A stretch of 64,000 nt of DNA from a virus (Duplodnaviria > Caudoviricetes), in the IMG/VR virus record IMGVR_UViG_3300037067_016086, positions 25,816 through 89,815 of that record; one strand, given 5' to 3'. Position numbers and translations under genes: made by a program. Below are positions 52,063 through 60,508 of this stretch, piece after piece; position 1 is the stretch's first letter, and the number at the start of each line of letters is the position of its first letter. Under the pieces are notes generated by a model. It was not told where the DNA came from. It ran no database searches and worked only from the letters and a program-made list of their open reading frames with translations.

Positions 52063-52335
52063 CTACCCCGCCTTCAACTGCTGGTTCAGCACATAGGCAG
52101 CCTGGAGTCCCTCGTGCTTCAGCGGCTCCGCCACCCACTCCAGCGTCCAGTTCCCGGCCCCGAAGTGCGCGTCGTAGCGGTCGTGCTTCCAGTCCGATCC
52201 GATACCCAGATCGTGCGGCACGAAGCCGATGTCGGAGCAGCAATGCTGCGCCAACAAGTGCCCGTCGTCGCCGATGGCCATGGCGCTCAGCCACCCGGGC
52301 GAGCCACCGTTGCAGAAGCAGTAGATCGTGTGCAT
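52063..52335 (-). CDS. hypothetical protein
   Basis: AGGAGG RBS right after the rtcB remnant stop. Confidence 0.7.
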   Translation of the reverse strand: MHTIYCFCNGGSPGWLSAMAIGDDGHLLAQHCCSDIGFVPHDLGIGSDWKHDRYDAHFGAGNWTLEWVAEPLKHEGLQAAYVLNQQLKAG

Positions 52336-52346
52336 CTCGTCCTCCT

Positions 52347-52457
52347 TTACTCCGCCTTCAAATTGAGGATCGGCCGGATCTCCTCGACCACCTCGACCGT
52401 CGGCCCGATGGCCGTCCGGATCGCGTTCGCGTCCTTGTAGGCCGCGGGTCCGGACTC
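52347..52457 (-). pseudogene. displaced original C-terminus of RtcB
   Basis: ESGPAAYKDANAIRTAIGPTVEVVEEIRPILNLKAE* vs active EAPSAYKNADDIRAAIKPTVEVIEEIKPILNCKAI*. Confidence 0.95.
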
Positions 52458-52461
52458 GTTG

Positions 52462-52490
52462 TTGACATGATCCTTGTAAGCATCTACAGT
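52462..52490 (+). promoter_or_regulatory. cassette promoter for the double-HNH gene
   Basis: TTGACA-N17-TACAGT. Confidence 0.75.
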
Positions 52491-52520
52491 GTTCATGCCA
52501 AATGCAAAAAGGACATCATC

Positions 52521-53210
52521 ATGATCTGTGGTAAGTGCAAAATGGACAAGAACACAAATGATTTCCACCAGGGCCAACTTCACGGCGGGTATTGCAAAGA
52601 CTGCATGCGCATCTACGGTCAGCAATACTACCGCAACAACAAGAACCACCACTTGCAGATCACGAACCAAATTCGCCGAGAACGAAGCGCCCGGCGGCGT
52701 GAATTTGTCCAGAAGATGAAGACCATCCCATGCGCCGACTGCGGACACGTTTTCCACTCCTTCGTCATGGATCTTGACCATCGCAACCCTGCGTCCAAAT
52801 TGGCGAGCATTCAATATCTGCTGTATTCCGCATCGGAAAAGATATTCCACGAAGAGCTGCTGAAATGCGATGTTGTTTGCGTCAACTGCCACAGAGATCG
52901 GGAACAGAAACGGTACTTGATCAAGCATCCAATCCCGACCCACTTGTCCCCTCGGCAAACATGGAACAAGGCAATAAAAGATCTCGCCAAGTCCAATCCA
53001 TGCACCGATTGTGGAGGTACATTCCACTCGTGGCAGATGGATCTGGATCATGTTCGGGGTGACAAAGTTGGCCGCGTTGGAAGCCTCTCCCACAAAGTGT
53101 CCACCGATGTTTTGGAGCGAGAGATCGAAAAATGCGAACCTGTCTGCGCAAACTGTCACAGAGTTCGCACCTTTACACGCAATCCTCCCCGGAAACATCT
53201 TACCTCCTAG
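52521..53210 (+). CDS. endonuclease with two tandem HNH domains
   Basis: C.DCG..FH...MDLDH...KC..VC.NCHR twice; AAGGA RBS. Confidence 0.85.
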   Translation: MICGKCKMDKNTNDFHQGQLHGGYCKDCMRIYGQQYYRNNKNHHLQITNQIRRERSARRREFVQKMKTIPCADCGHVFHSFVMDLDHRNPASKLASIQYLLYSASEKIFHEELLKCDVVCVNCHRDREQKRYLIKHPIPTHLSPRQTWNKAIKDLAKSNPCTDCGGTFHSWQMDLDHVRGDKVGRVGSLSHKVSTDVLEREIEKCEPVCANCHRVRTFTRNPPRKHLTS

Positions 53211-54517
53211 ATCGCCTTGCAATTGAGAATCGGCTTAATTTCTTCGATAACTTCCACCGTTGGTTTGATGGCAGCCCTAATATCGTCTGCATTTTTGTAA
53301 GCGGAAGGCGCCTCGTCCAGCGGGATGCAGCTCGTGTAGATCCCTTCCATGCTGGCCCGCGCCGCCACCGGGTCCAGCTCCCTCTTGGCCTGAGACCGGC
53401 TCATGAGGCGGCCCGCCCCGTGCGGCGCCGACTCGTTCCAGTCCTTGTTCCCAAGGCCGCGGCAGATCCAGCTGCCGTCCCGCATGTTGAACGGGATGAT
53501 CAGCCGGTCTCCGAGCGCCGCGCGCACCGCCCCCTTGCGGATGACCAGGTCCCTCGGGTCGATGTAGTTGTGGACCGTCTCGATCAGATCCTGGCTGCCG
53601 ACGTCCAGAACCCCGAGCACCTCGGCCAGGATGGATCGGCGGTTCTGAGCCGCGTAGATCTGCGCGAAGACCATGTCCTCCACGTAGGCGAACAGGTCCT
53701 CGCCGCGCAGCGACTCCAGACCGCTGGGCACCGCCACCAGGGCCCGCTGCGTCTCCTTGTACCGCTTGATGCGCTTGTCGATCTCGTGGTTCGGCGACGA
53801 CCTCCGGATCACCTCGATCTCGGACTGGTACTCGCCGGTCTTGAAATCCAGCAGCTGCTTGGCGGCCAGTCCCTGGTGGTACTTGCAGATCTTCTCGCCC
53901 AGCTGCCGCGACCCGCTGTGGATCAGCACCCAGGCCGTCCCGGGTTCGGCGCCGAGGGCCACCTCGATGAAGTGGTTGCCGCCCCCCAACGATCCGATCG
54001 ATCGCTGCGCGCGCCCGTACTTCATCCCCACCCGCTTGCAGAGGTCCTTGAAGACACCCTGCGAGGCGCCCCAGTCCAGCGCGCGGAACCCTCCGCCCGC
54101 GAACCGGTCGTTCAGCTTGCGGCGTACCACGGTCATCAGCGCGTGCGTCCCGTCGTAGAAGGGATCGTCGTCCAGCAGCTCGTGGCAGTCGTCGGTCCGC
54201 ACCTCGTGCGCGAACGGAACCCGGTCTCGGATCTCGCGATCGAGACGCTCCAGGCTGATGCCAGCGCGCCAGGGAACCCGCGCCGCCAGCACGCCGCAGC
54301 CAATGTCGACGCCCACTATTCCAGGAACTACGGCATCCCCGAGTGGCATTGTAAACCCTATCGGAGCGCCAGCCCCGGCATGGACGTCCGGCATCATCAC
54401 GATGCGCCCAGTGAAAGCCGGGGAATTCACGATCTGCGTCAGCTGCGCCATCGTGGCACTGTCGACCGTTTCAGCAGTCACGGTCACTGTCGTGTATTTC
54501 CCTTGAATATCGAACAT
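53207..54517 (-). CDS. rtcB: RtcB RNA 3'-phosphate/5'-OH ligase with both termini replaced
   Basis: MPDVH, VGVDIGCG, GSLGGGNHFIE, IHSGSR, HNY, HGAGR.MSR, DEAP.AYK. Confidence 0.95.
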   Translation of the reverse strand: MFDIQGKYTTVTVTAETVDSATMAQLTQIVNSPAFTGRIVMMPDVHAGAGAPIGFTMPLGDAVVPGIVGVDIGCGVLAARVPWRAGISLERLDREIRDRVPFAHEVRTDDCHELLDDDPFYDGTHALMTVVRRKLNDRFAGGGFRALDWGASQGVFKDLCKRVGMKYGRAQRSIGSLGGGNHFIEVALGAEPGTAWVLIHSGSRQLGEKICKYHQGLAAKQLLDFKTGEYQSEIEVIRRSSPNHEIDKRIKRYKETQRALVAVPSGLESLRGEDLFAYVEDMVFAQIYAAQNRRSILAEVLGVLDVGSQDLIETVHNYIDPRDLVIRKGAVRAALGDRLIIPFNMRDGSWICRGLGNKDWNESAPHGAGRLMSRSQAKRELDPVAARASMEGIYTSCIPLDEAPSAYKNADDIRAAIKPTVEVIEEIKPILNCKAI

Positions 54518-54529
54518 CGCCACCCCTCC

Positions 54530-55006
54530 TTACCATCCTCCAAAATGCTCAACGCGGTGACAACAAGAGCAGACCAGATCGCACTTCTCTGCCTCCACCA
54601 CGATGGCCTTCCACGCACGGTTCACGAGCTGTGGAATGTTCAGCGCGAAAACCTTCACGGCAGGATCTCGATGATGGAAGTCGAACGCTGCACCGTTCTT
54701 CCCATCGTATTTCATGCCACACAGCACGCAGAAACCTCCCAGGAGAAGGATCAATTTGACCTTCCGACTTCGGCCATACTCCAACTTGTAGCCAATCCGA
54801 ACCTCCCGATTTCGATGGTTCCACTCGCGCTTGTACTGCGTTGGGTTCTCGTACTTTCTGTTGTTGTGCCCAGAAACGTACCGCTTCTGCCTCCCGTACG
54901 GGTCCATCGACTTGATGAGTTCCCCGCATCCACAGGCACATGCGATCGTGGGAGCCGCTTCGAAAAGTCGCTCATTGCGTCGGTCCTTGCACTCTTTCCT
55001 CGTCAT
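54530..55006 (-). CDS. HNH homing endonuclease
   Basis: CACGCG; C..CG...FDFHHRDP..K...EAEKCDLVCSCCHR.EH; own TTGAGA-N16-TATACT promoter and GGAGG RBS. Confidence 0.85.
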   Translation of the reverse strand: MTRKECKDRRNERLFEAAPTIACACGCGELIKSMDPYGRQKRYVSGHNNRKYENPTQYKREWNHRNREVRIGYKLEYGRSRKVKLILLLGGFCVLCGMKYDGKNGAAFDFHHRDPAVKVFALNIPQLVNRAWKAIVVEAEKCDLVCSCCHRVEHFGGW

Positions 55007-55076
55007 GGGTACCTCCAGATCGGAGTATACCACATCCGTTGTCTATCTCAAAAAAAATGGACGATATTGGTTGTTC

Positions 55077-55277
55077 GATGTTCGGGATGATCGCCTCGCC
55101 CAGCGGCATCGTGAACCCGATCACCGATCCCGCGCCCGCGTGCGTGTCCGGCATGATGGCCACCGGCCCCGTGAAGGCCGGGTGGTTGACCATGCCCGTG
55201 ATCTGCGCGATGCAGCTGGCCTCAACCTGGTCCGCGTAGACCGTCGCCGTCGTGTACTTGCCCTCGATCGTAAACAT
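55077..55277 (-). pseudogene. displaced original N-terminus of RtcB (67 codons; frame runs on to 54972)
   Basis: MFTIEGKYTT...MPDTHAGAGSVIGFTMPLGEAIIPNI, 41/67 identical to the active start. Confidence 0.95.
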
Positions 55278-55597
55278 CAGGCACCTCCGAAATCGTTCCA
55301 GTCGCCGCGCTCCAGCGCGAAGTGATCCACCGCGATGTGCACGTAGTTTTTCCCCGGCGGGCTGTTCTCCTCGCTCGCCCGGAACTCGAAGCGATCCGTC
55401 CCGTCCAGGATGACCTCGTAGGCGTGCCGGTCGACGCGCTCCACCCCTAACTCGCGCGCCAGACGTTCGAACTCGTCCGCTATGAAGCTCGCGTGCTCCC
55501 ACGAGGCCCCGTAGATCAGGATCGGCAACTGCTCCGCGTTGTCCCGCATGGACAGCACATGCTCCAGCATCGCTCGCGTCTTTCCGGTCCCGCGCAT
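55277..55597 (-). CDS. small P-loop-like protein
   Basis: RGTGKT at the N-terminus; GGAGG RBS. Confidence 0.55.
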   Translation of the reverse strand: MRGTGKTRAMLEHVLSMRDNAEQLPILIYGASWEHASFIADEFERLARELGVERVDRHAYEVILDGTDRFEFRASEENSPPGKNYVHIAVDHFALERGDWNDFGGA

Positions 55598-55639
55598 CTA
55601 CACCTCCTCGGCCGCGCATCGCACACGGTATCCTCGGGA

Positions 55640-55668
55640 AGTTTAACCGGTGCTGTTGCGTTTGTCAA
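55640..55668 (-). promoter_or_regulatory. sigma70-type promoter for the rtcB block
   Basis: TTGACA-N17-TAAACT. Confidence 0.8.
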
Positions 55669-57363
55669 CTACCGTGTGGAGAGGCGGAACACGTTGCCGC
55701 CGCGCCAGGCCACCACCTCGTCGCCGCGCGCCGCCAGCCGCAGGTCCGACACGGCCGGGTCGCTGATCCGCTTCCCCTGCTGCGTGCCGCGCGCCGGGAA
55801 CAGCGCGAGGTCGCCAGCTTCGTCGATCATGGCCACCACGCCCTTGGGCAGCGCCACGAAGTTGAGATCGCCGTGCCCCACGTTGCGATCCACCCAGCGC
55901 AGCTTGGCCGCGCTGCCGCCCACCTCGTACACGTAGCGATCCACGGTGCCCGCGCGTTCCGCCGCCACGATCAGCGCCGGTCCCTCGCAGCGCGCGCCGA
56001 CCACACGAGCCCCGTCGAGGTCCGCCAGCCGCACCTGGTCGCTGCGCCCCGACGCCGGGAACAGGTTGGCGTACCAGGCCCCCAGGACGCTCTGCATCGC
56101 CACGCCCGGGTACAGCTGCGTCGCCAGCGGGGCCACGTTGGCCACCACCCGCGGAGCGCCTAGCAGTTTGCCGCCCGCCTCGAAGAACTCGATCTCGACC
56201 ACGCTCTCCCCGCTGTGCACGTACACGCGCCCGTCAGTGATCGCCAGAGCCCGGCCTCGCAGCGTCAGCGCCACCTCCGCGCCCCCCTGCCGCAGGTCTC
56301 GCACGTGCACGTCCCCGCGATCCAGCCAGGCGTACAGGGGCACCCCGGCCGCCGTATGGGCCAGGTGTCCGCCCGCCTCCACCGGCACCTCGCGGTTGCG
56401 TCCCCCGTCCAGAACCCAGACCACGCGCCCGGTCGACCGGGAGATGATCGCGGCCTCCTCGCCGCCCCAGGCCACGTACTCCAGGATGTCGCCGGTGTGG
56501 GCCACGCGGAGCAGCGTCAGCGTCACCGCCGTCGCGCTGGCCACCGGCCGCGCCGTGCCCAGGGCCGTGCTGATCTGCGCATCCGCCGGGGGCACGCCTC
56601 TGAATCCGTCCTCGAACATGGCCTTGTACCAGGCCCGGTACGCGCCCGGGATCACGTCGAACGGCGGGACCATCTGCGGCACCGACACCGCGCGGTTGAA
56701 CACCGACAGGTTGCCCCGCATGCGCTCCGGCAGGCCCCGCACGATCGGGTGCTTCCCCTTGTAGGGGTGGATGCCCACGAAGAGCTGGAAGGTCACGATG
56801 CCCCACGAGTACCAGTCCGATCCCACCGTCCAGTGCCCGCCCGCGCTCCAGTCCCGGACGCCCTCCATGAGCGCCGTGGCCGGGAAGTGCGGCGTCTGGT
56901 AGGAGTCCACGTCGATGAAGAACACCTCGCCGAAGTCGGGCGCCACCAGGAAGTTCATCTCGTTGGCGTCGACCACCAGGACGCCCGCCGCGTGCACCGC
57001 GCCCATGCTGCGCTGCATGCCCTGCACGATCCGCAGCACCGTGGCGCCATCCACGCCCTCGCGATCCCGGAACGCCCGCGTGAAGAGCTGGCAGAGCGGG
57101 TGCGCGTCCGCCACGCGCCGCATGCTGTAGCCCACCGCGTTCCCCTTGCCGTCGAGCAGGACCCGCCGGGGTCGCACGACGCTCTCGTCCGCGATGCCCG
57201 CCAGCTCCGCGATCTTGGCCTCCGGGATCATGCGCTCCGGCTTGAGGTACACCTTGAACGCCTCGTCTCCGTGCCCGAAAACTTGCCCTTCACCCCCCGC
57301 CGCGATGAAGTTGGCCTGCGTGAGGTTGACCTGGCCGCCGCCCCGGATCGCGTACTTCGTCAT
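55669..57363 (-). CDS. Hanks-type Ser/Thr protein kinase-like protein with C-terminal beta-rich domain
   Basis: GGEGQV, AFKVY, DANEMNFLV, IDVDS, DWYSWG..F. Confidence 0.8.
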   Translation of the reverse strand: MTKYAIRGGGQVNLTQANFIAAGGEGQVFGHGDEAFKVYLKPERMIPEAKIAELAGIADESVVRPRRVLLDGKGNAVGYSMRRVADAHPLCQLFTRAFRDREGVDGATVLRIVQGMQRSMGAVHAAGVLVVDANEMNFLVAPDFGEVFFIDVDSYQTPHFPATALMEGVRDWSAGGHWTVGSDWYSWGIVTFQLFVGIHPYKGKHPIVRGLPERMRGNLSVFNRAVSVPQMVPPFDVIPGAYRAWYKAMFEDGFRGVPPADAQISTALGTARPVASATAVTLTLLRVAHTGDILEYVAWGGEEAAIISRSTGRVVWVLDGGRNREVPVEAGGHLAHTAAGVPLYAWLDRGDVHVRDLRQGGAEVALTLRGRALAITDGRVYVHSGESVVEIEFFEAGGKLLGAPRVVANVAPLATQLYPGVAMQSVLGAWYANLFPASGRSDQVRLADLDGARVVGARCEGPALIVAAERAGTVDRYVYEVGGSAAKLRWVDRNVGHGDLNFVALPKGVVAMIDEAGDLALFPARGTQQGKRISDPAVSDLRLAARGDEVVAWRGGNVFRLSTR

Positions 57364-57365
57364 GT

Positions 57366-57758
57366 TCAATCCTCTCCGGGTTCCGGATCGGTCCAGCGTT
57401 CGCCTGTCCGAAATCTCTCCGCCTGTCTCTCGTTGAACGTGCGGATCAATCCAGGTCCCGGTTTACATTTCGGGCAGACGTCATCCTCTTGCGCGGGCCA
57501 CTCCCCGCCGCACCCATTGCAGTGATCGATGATTTCGTCCTCCCCCTCCGACGCACACGTGTTCGCTTTCCGATCCACGAGTTGCCGCTGCAACCGCTCC
57601 TTCGCCGAACGCGTGGATGCCTCCGCCTTACGCCAGGCAATCGCCCACGCCAACCGGCTATCCCGCGCTCGAAGCGGACACGCATCCACGGACACTCCGG
57701 CGTAGAATGCCCTGCGTCCGGATTGGATCGCGTTCTCCCGTCTCTCTCGTTCGCTCAT
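57366..57758 (-). CDS. hypothetical protein with RMF-like N-terminus and zinc ribbon
   Basis: G..AF..G.....CP...R.AW...W; CNGC...CPKC. Confidence 0.6.
   Translation of the reverse strand: MSERERRENAIQSGRRAFYAGVSVDACPLRARDSRLAWAIAWRKAEASTRSAKERLQRQLVDRKANTCASEGEDEIIDHCNGCGGEWPAQEDDVCPKCKPGPGLIRTFNERQAERFRTGERWTDPEPGED
57551..57566. promoter_or_regulatory. 16-bp palindrome copy (2 mismatches, intragenic)
   Basis: ACGCACACGTGTTCGC. Confidence 0.4.
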
Positions 57759-58285
57759 GACTTCTTCTCTGCCAACACGAGCATCCGGATGTCCACCAGC
57801 CGCCCCTTGACCGCCTCGTACAGGGCCGCGTCGAACTTTGGGACGTAGCAGCCCTCCGGCACGATCGGGTGCTTCTCCCCGCACGCCTTGTACCGGCAGG
57901 TGGACGCGCCCCGCTTCTTGAACGGATCGTAGCCTGGCCGCGGCACGTGGAACTCCTCGCCGTCGTAGGCGTCCACGAAGCCGTGCGCCCACAGGCACCC
58001 CTCCTCGACGCGCTCGAACTCGACCCCCACGAGGGGCAGCTTGAACGCGAACGGGCTGTCGTGCTCGGGGTCCGTGGCGCCCCGCCCCAGCCGCGCCGCC
58101 AGGACCCAGAGGCCCGGCCTGTGGTGGTTGTTCACGTCATACAGGCTGCCGCGCCCGACTCCGAACACCTCCAGGATCTCGAACCGCTTCGGGTCCGGGT
58201 TCCCGTACGGAGACGCGGGGGCCGAGACGGGCACCGGCGCCGATCGGACGCAGCCGCAGGACGAGTGGAAGAAGTTGAGGCCCAT
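57755..58285 (-). CDS. hypothetical protein
   Basis: ORF, coupled. Confidence 0.65.
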   Translation of the reverse strand: MGLNFFHSSCGCVRSAPVPVSAPASPYGNPDPKRFEILEVFGVGRGSLYDVNNHHRPGLWVLAARLGRGATDPEHDSPFAFKLPLVGVEFERVEEGCLWAHGFVDAYDGEEFHVPRPGYDPFKKRGASTCRYKACGEKHPIVPEGCYVPKFDAALYEAVKGRLVDIRMLVLAEKKS

Positions 58286-58479
58286 CAGTCGACCCGCATG
58301 GCGGATTCCAGCTCGCGCCGCTCCCGCGCCTCGTCGTCGCGCTCGTAGTCCCGCTCCTCCGGCTCATCGAAGAAGTGGCGCATCTCGCCGCCGCACGACG
58401 GGCAGCACCCGGGAGAGCGCGTCTTGTTGTTGAAGTCCTCGTACCCGCAACTCCGGCACGTGTGTGTCATGCACGCCAT
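58285..58479 (-). CDS. zinc-ribbon (FmdB-like) protein
   Basis: CRSCG...CPSCGG. Confidence 0.6.
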   Translation of the reverse strand: MACMTHTCRSCGYEDFNNKTRSPGCCPSCGGEMRHFFDEPEERDYERDDEARERRELESAMRVD

Positions 58480-58790
58480 CAGATCCTCCTATCCGTTTGC
58501 TCCAGAGGCGGAGCTTCCCATGTGTCCTTCCAGGTCAAGGACCGAAGGTTCACATCGCAGTGGGAGCACCCGCCATCCAGGTGCTCCAGCATGACCGCGT
58601 CGTGCGGGCTCACGCCCGGGTTCTCCTTGTCGCAGCGCCCGCAAAGGAGGGAGCCGTTGTTCTCGCGCACGATCCGGGAGTGCCCGACCAGTCCGCAGAT
58701 GATGCGGCGTCGCGTGGCGTCGTCGCTGATGAACAGAGCGGCCACCTTGATCTTCGCTTCCGCCTCGTTCAAGTCCTTTTTCGACATCAC
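58479..58790 (-). CDS. zinc-binding hypothetical protein
   Basis: CGLVGH, CGRC, CSHC. Confidence 0.6.
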   Translation of the reverse strand: MMSKKDLNEAEAKIKVAALFISDDATRRRIICGLVGHSRIVRENNGSLLCGRCDKENPGVSPHDAVMLEHLDGGCSHCDVNLRSLTWKDTWEAPPLEQTDRRI

Positions 58791-58796
58791 AATTCC

Positions 58797-59414
58797 CTAC
58801 TGCGCGTGCAGCCGCGCCGCGCTCAGCACCCGCGTCAGCTCCACCACCAGCTCGCGATCGTTCCGCGGCGCTCCCTTGTCCCTGCGATCCTTTGCCCAGA
58901 TCAGCTCCAGGGCCGCGTTGAGCGCCTCCACCCGGGCCTGCTCTCCTGCCCGCACCCGGTCCAGCTCGGCCAGCGCGGGGGCAACCTCGGCGCGCACCGC
59001 CGCGATCCTGGTCTCGGTCTCCAGGTCCCGCGACTTCAGCTGCGCCGCGAAGCGCTCGTCCGCCCTGGAGTCCACGGCCGCCAGGTTCTTCTTCATGGCC
59101 AGGACCTTTGCGCGCAGGGCCTCGACGTCCACCCGCTGCGCCCGCAGGGCCTCGTCCTTGACCCGCATGTCCCGCTCGACGATGGCCACGAGCAGGTCCG
59201 CGTTCGCCTTGTCCACCAGCTCCAGCGCCTGATCGCGGGCTGCCAGGTACTTCAGGCTGACGCCCTCCGCGTCGTGCCGCAGCTGCACCTCGCGCAGCAG
59301 CGCCCTCTCGTGCGCCGCCAGGCAGTCCGTGCACCCCGTTCCCGGGGAGTCCGCATCCGCCAGCGCCTTCGCGGTCGGCTCCGCCGCCGCGCTCGCCTGC
59401 TTCTGCTCGTCCAT
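58797..59414 (-). CDS. coiled-coil hypothetical protein
   Basis: GGAG RBS; heptad-rich. Confidence 0.65.
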   Translation of the reverse strand: MDEQKQASAAAEPTAKALADADSPGTGCTDCLAAHERALLREVQLRHDAEGVSLKYLAARDQALELVDKANADLLVAIVERDMRVKDEALRAQRVDVEALRAKVLAMKKNLAAVDSRADERFAAQLKSRDLETETRIAAVRAEVAPALAELDRVRAGEQARVEALNAALELIWAKDRRDKGAPRNDRELVVELTRVLSAARLHAQ

Positions 59415-59665
59415 CAGAACTCCACCTCCTCGGGCATCCAGGCCCGTTCCGGCGCTGGCGACCAGGTGGCCGACTCCAGCGCGAACACCACGTCGTCGCG
59501 GCAGCTCATCATCTCCACCGCCAGCTTGTCCCATGCCCAGAGCAGCTCGTAGGCGCGCTCCACAGCTCCTTCGAGATTGGACCGCACCGCGGCCACCCCG
59601 CCCTCCGCACACACCGCCCGCGCCACCGCCGCGATCTGCCCATGGACCTGTCTCCACGTCCGCAT
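59414..59665 (-). CDS. hypothetical protein
   Basis: ORF, coupled. Confidence 0.6.
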   Translation of the reverse strand: MRTWRQVHGQIAAVARAVCAEGGVAAVRSNLEGAVERAYELLWAWDKLAVEMMSCRDDVVFALESATWSPAPERAWMPEEVEF

Positions 59666-59666
59666 G

Positions 59667-60428
59667 TCAGACCCCTCCGCGCAGATCTTTGGCCACCGCC
59701 CCCGCCATGTCCGCGACCTTCCCGAGCATGTCGCCCTTGATGAGCGCCATCTCGTTGTTCATGGCGCTGGAGCTGCACCGCCGGAAGCTGCCCGCCACCA
59801 GGAAGGCCACGCAGCGGTCGCGCAGCCGCGTGAGGATCGCCTCAACCGCCAGGTCGTCGGACCGAGTCGCAGCTTCTGCCAGCGCATCCGCGATCCCCCG
59901 CGCCTCGACCAGGACGACCCCGGCCCGCGCCAGCTGCTCGAACTTGTCGCCCTCGTCGAAGGTCAAAGCGCGCAGCCCGTCAGGACCCGCGTAGCTCGCC
60001 AGATCCTTCGCAGCTCGATCGAAGCGCTGCTGGTACCCGTCCACCCAGCGCCCCCAGGCGCCCACCGCATCCGCTGCCGCTTCGCCCCTGCGCCACCGGA
60101 GACCGTCCTCGTCCACCGCGACCTCGTAGCCAACGGCGGCCCCTATCTGCGCTGCCACATGGTCCGCGGCAGGCACGTAGACCTCGCACGGCCACGTGTA
60201 GCCCTCGTTGGTCGGACCCAGCGAGATCCGCAAGTTCGCCCGAATCACGCTGCCTCGGATCGCCCCGCGCAGGACAACCAGAGCCGCCGTCAAGGCCAGC
60301 AGCACCGGCTCCGGAGGAGCGCCCTCGTAGCCGATCGCGTTGATCAGGTCCTTGCGCGCCGCCAGCAGTTCATCCTGCCGCGCCGCCCGACGCTCCTCGT
60401 ACAACTCCTTCTTGGTCTTCCGCGCCAT
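59667..60428 (-). CDS. hypothetical protein
   Basis: GGAGGG RBS downstream of promoter. Confidence 0.7.
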   Translation of the reverse strand: MARKTKKELYEERRAARQDELLAARKDLINAIGYEGAPPEPVLLALTAALVVLRGAIRGSVIRANLRISLGPTNEGYTWPCEVYVPAADHVAAQIGAAVGYEVAVDEDGLRWRRGEAAADAVGAWGRWVDGYQQRFDRAAKDLASYAGPDGLRALTFDEGDKFEQLARAGVVLVEARGIADALAEAATRSDDLAVEAILTRLRDRCVAFLVAGSFRRCSSSAMNNEMALIKGDMLGKVADMAGAVAKDLRGGV

Positions 60429-60468
60429 GCTTCCCTCCTCCCGACATCACATCGGGGATCTGCTCAGG

Positions 60469-60496
60469 AGCTTAACCCTTTCGGTTCGTTTGTCAA
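60469..60496 (-). promoter_or_regulatory. sigma70-type promoter
   Basis: TTGACA-N16-TAAGCT. Confidence 0.7.
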
Positions 60497-60508
60497 CCGC
60501 CGAATCGC

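Noticed and set aside
11550-55090. Long plus-strand ORFs (e.g. 11550-13106, 18526-20121, 20780-23176, 43220-45397, 49028-51187, 53132-55090)
   Set aside because: Antisense shadows of high-GC3 minus-strand genes; no RBS or recognisable motifs. Only 46460-46918 and 52521-53210 are supported on the plus strand.
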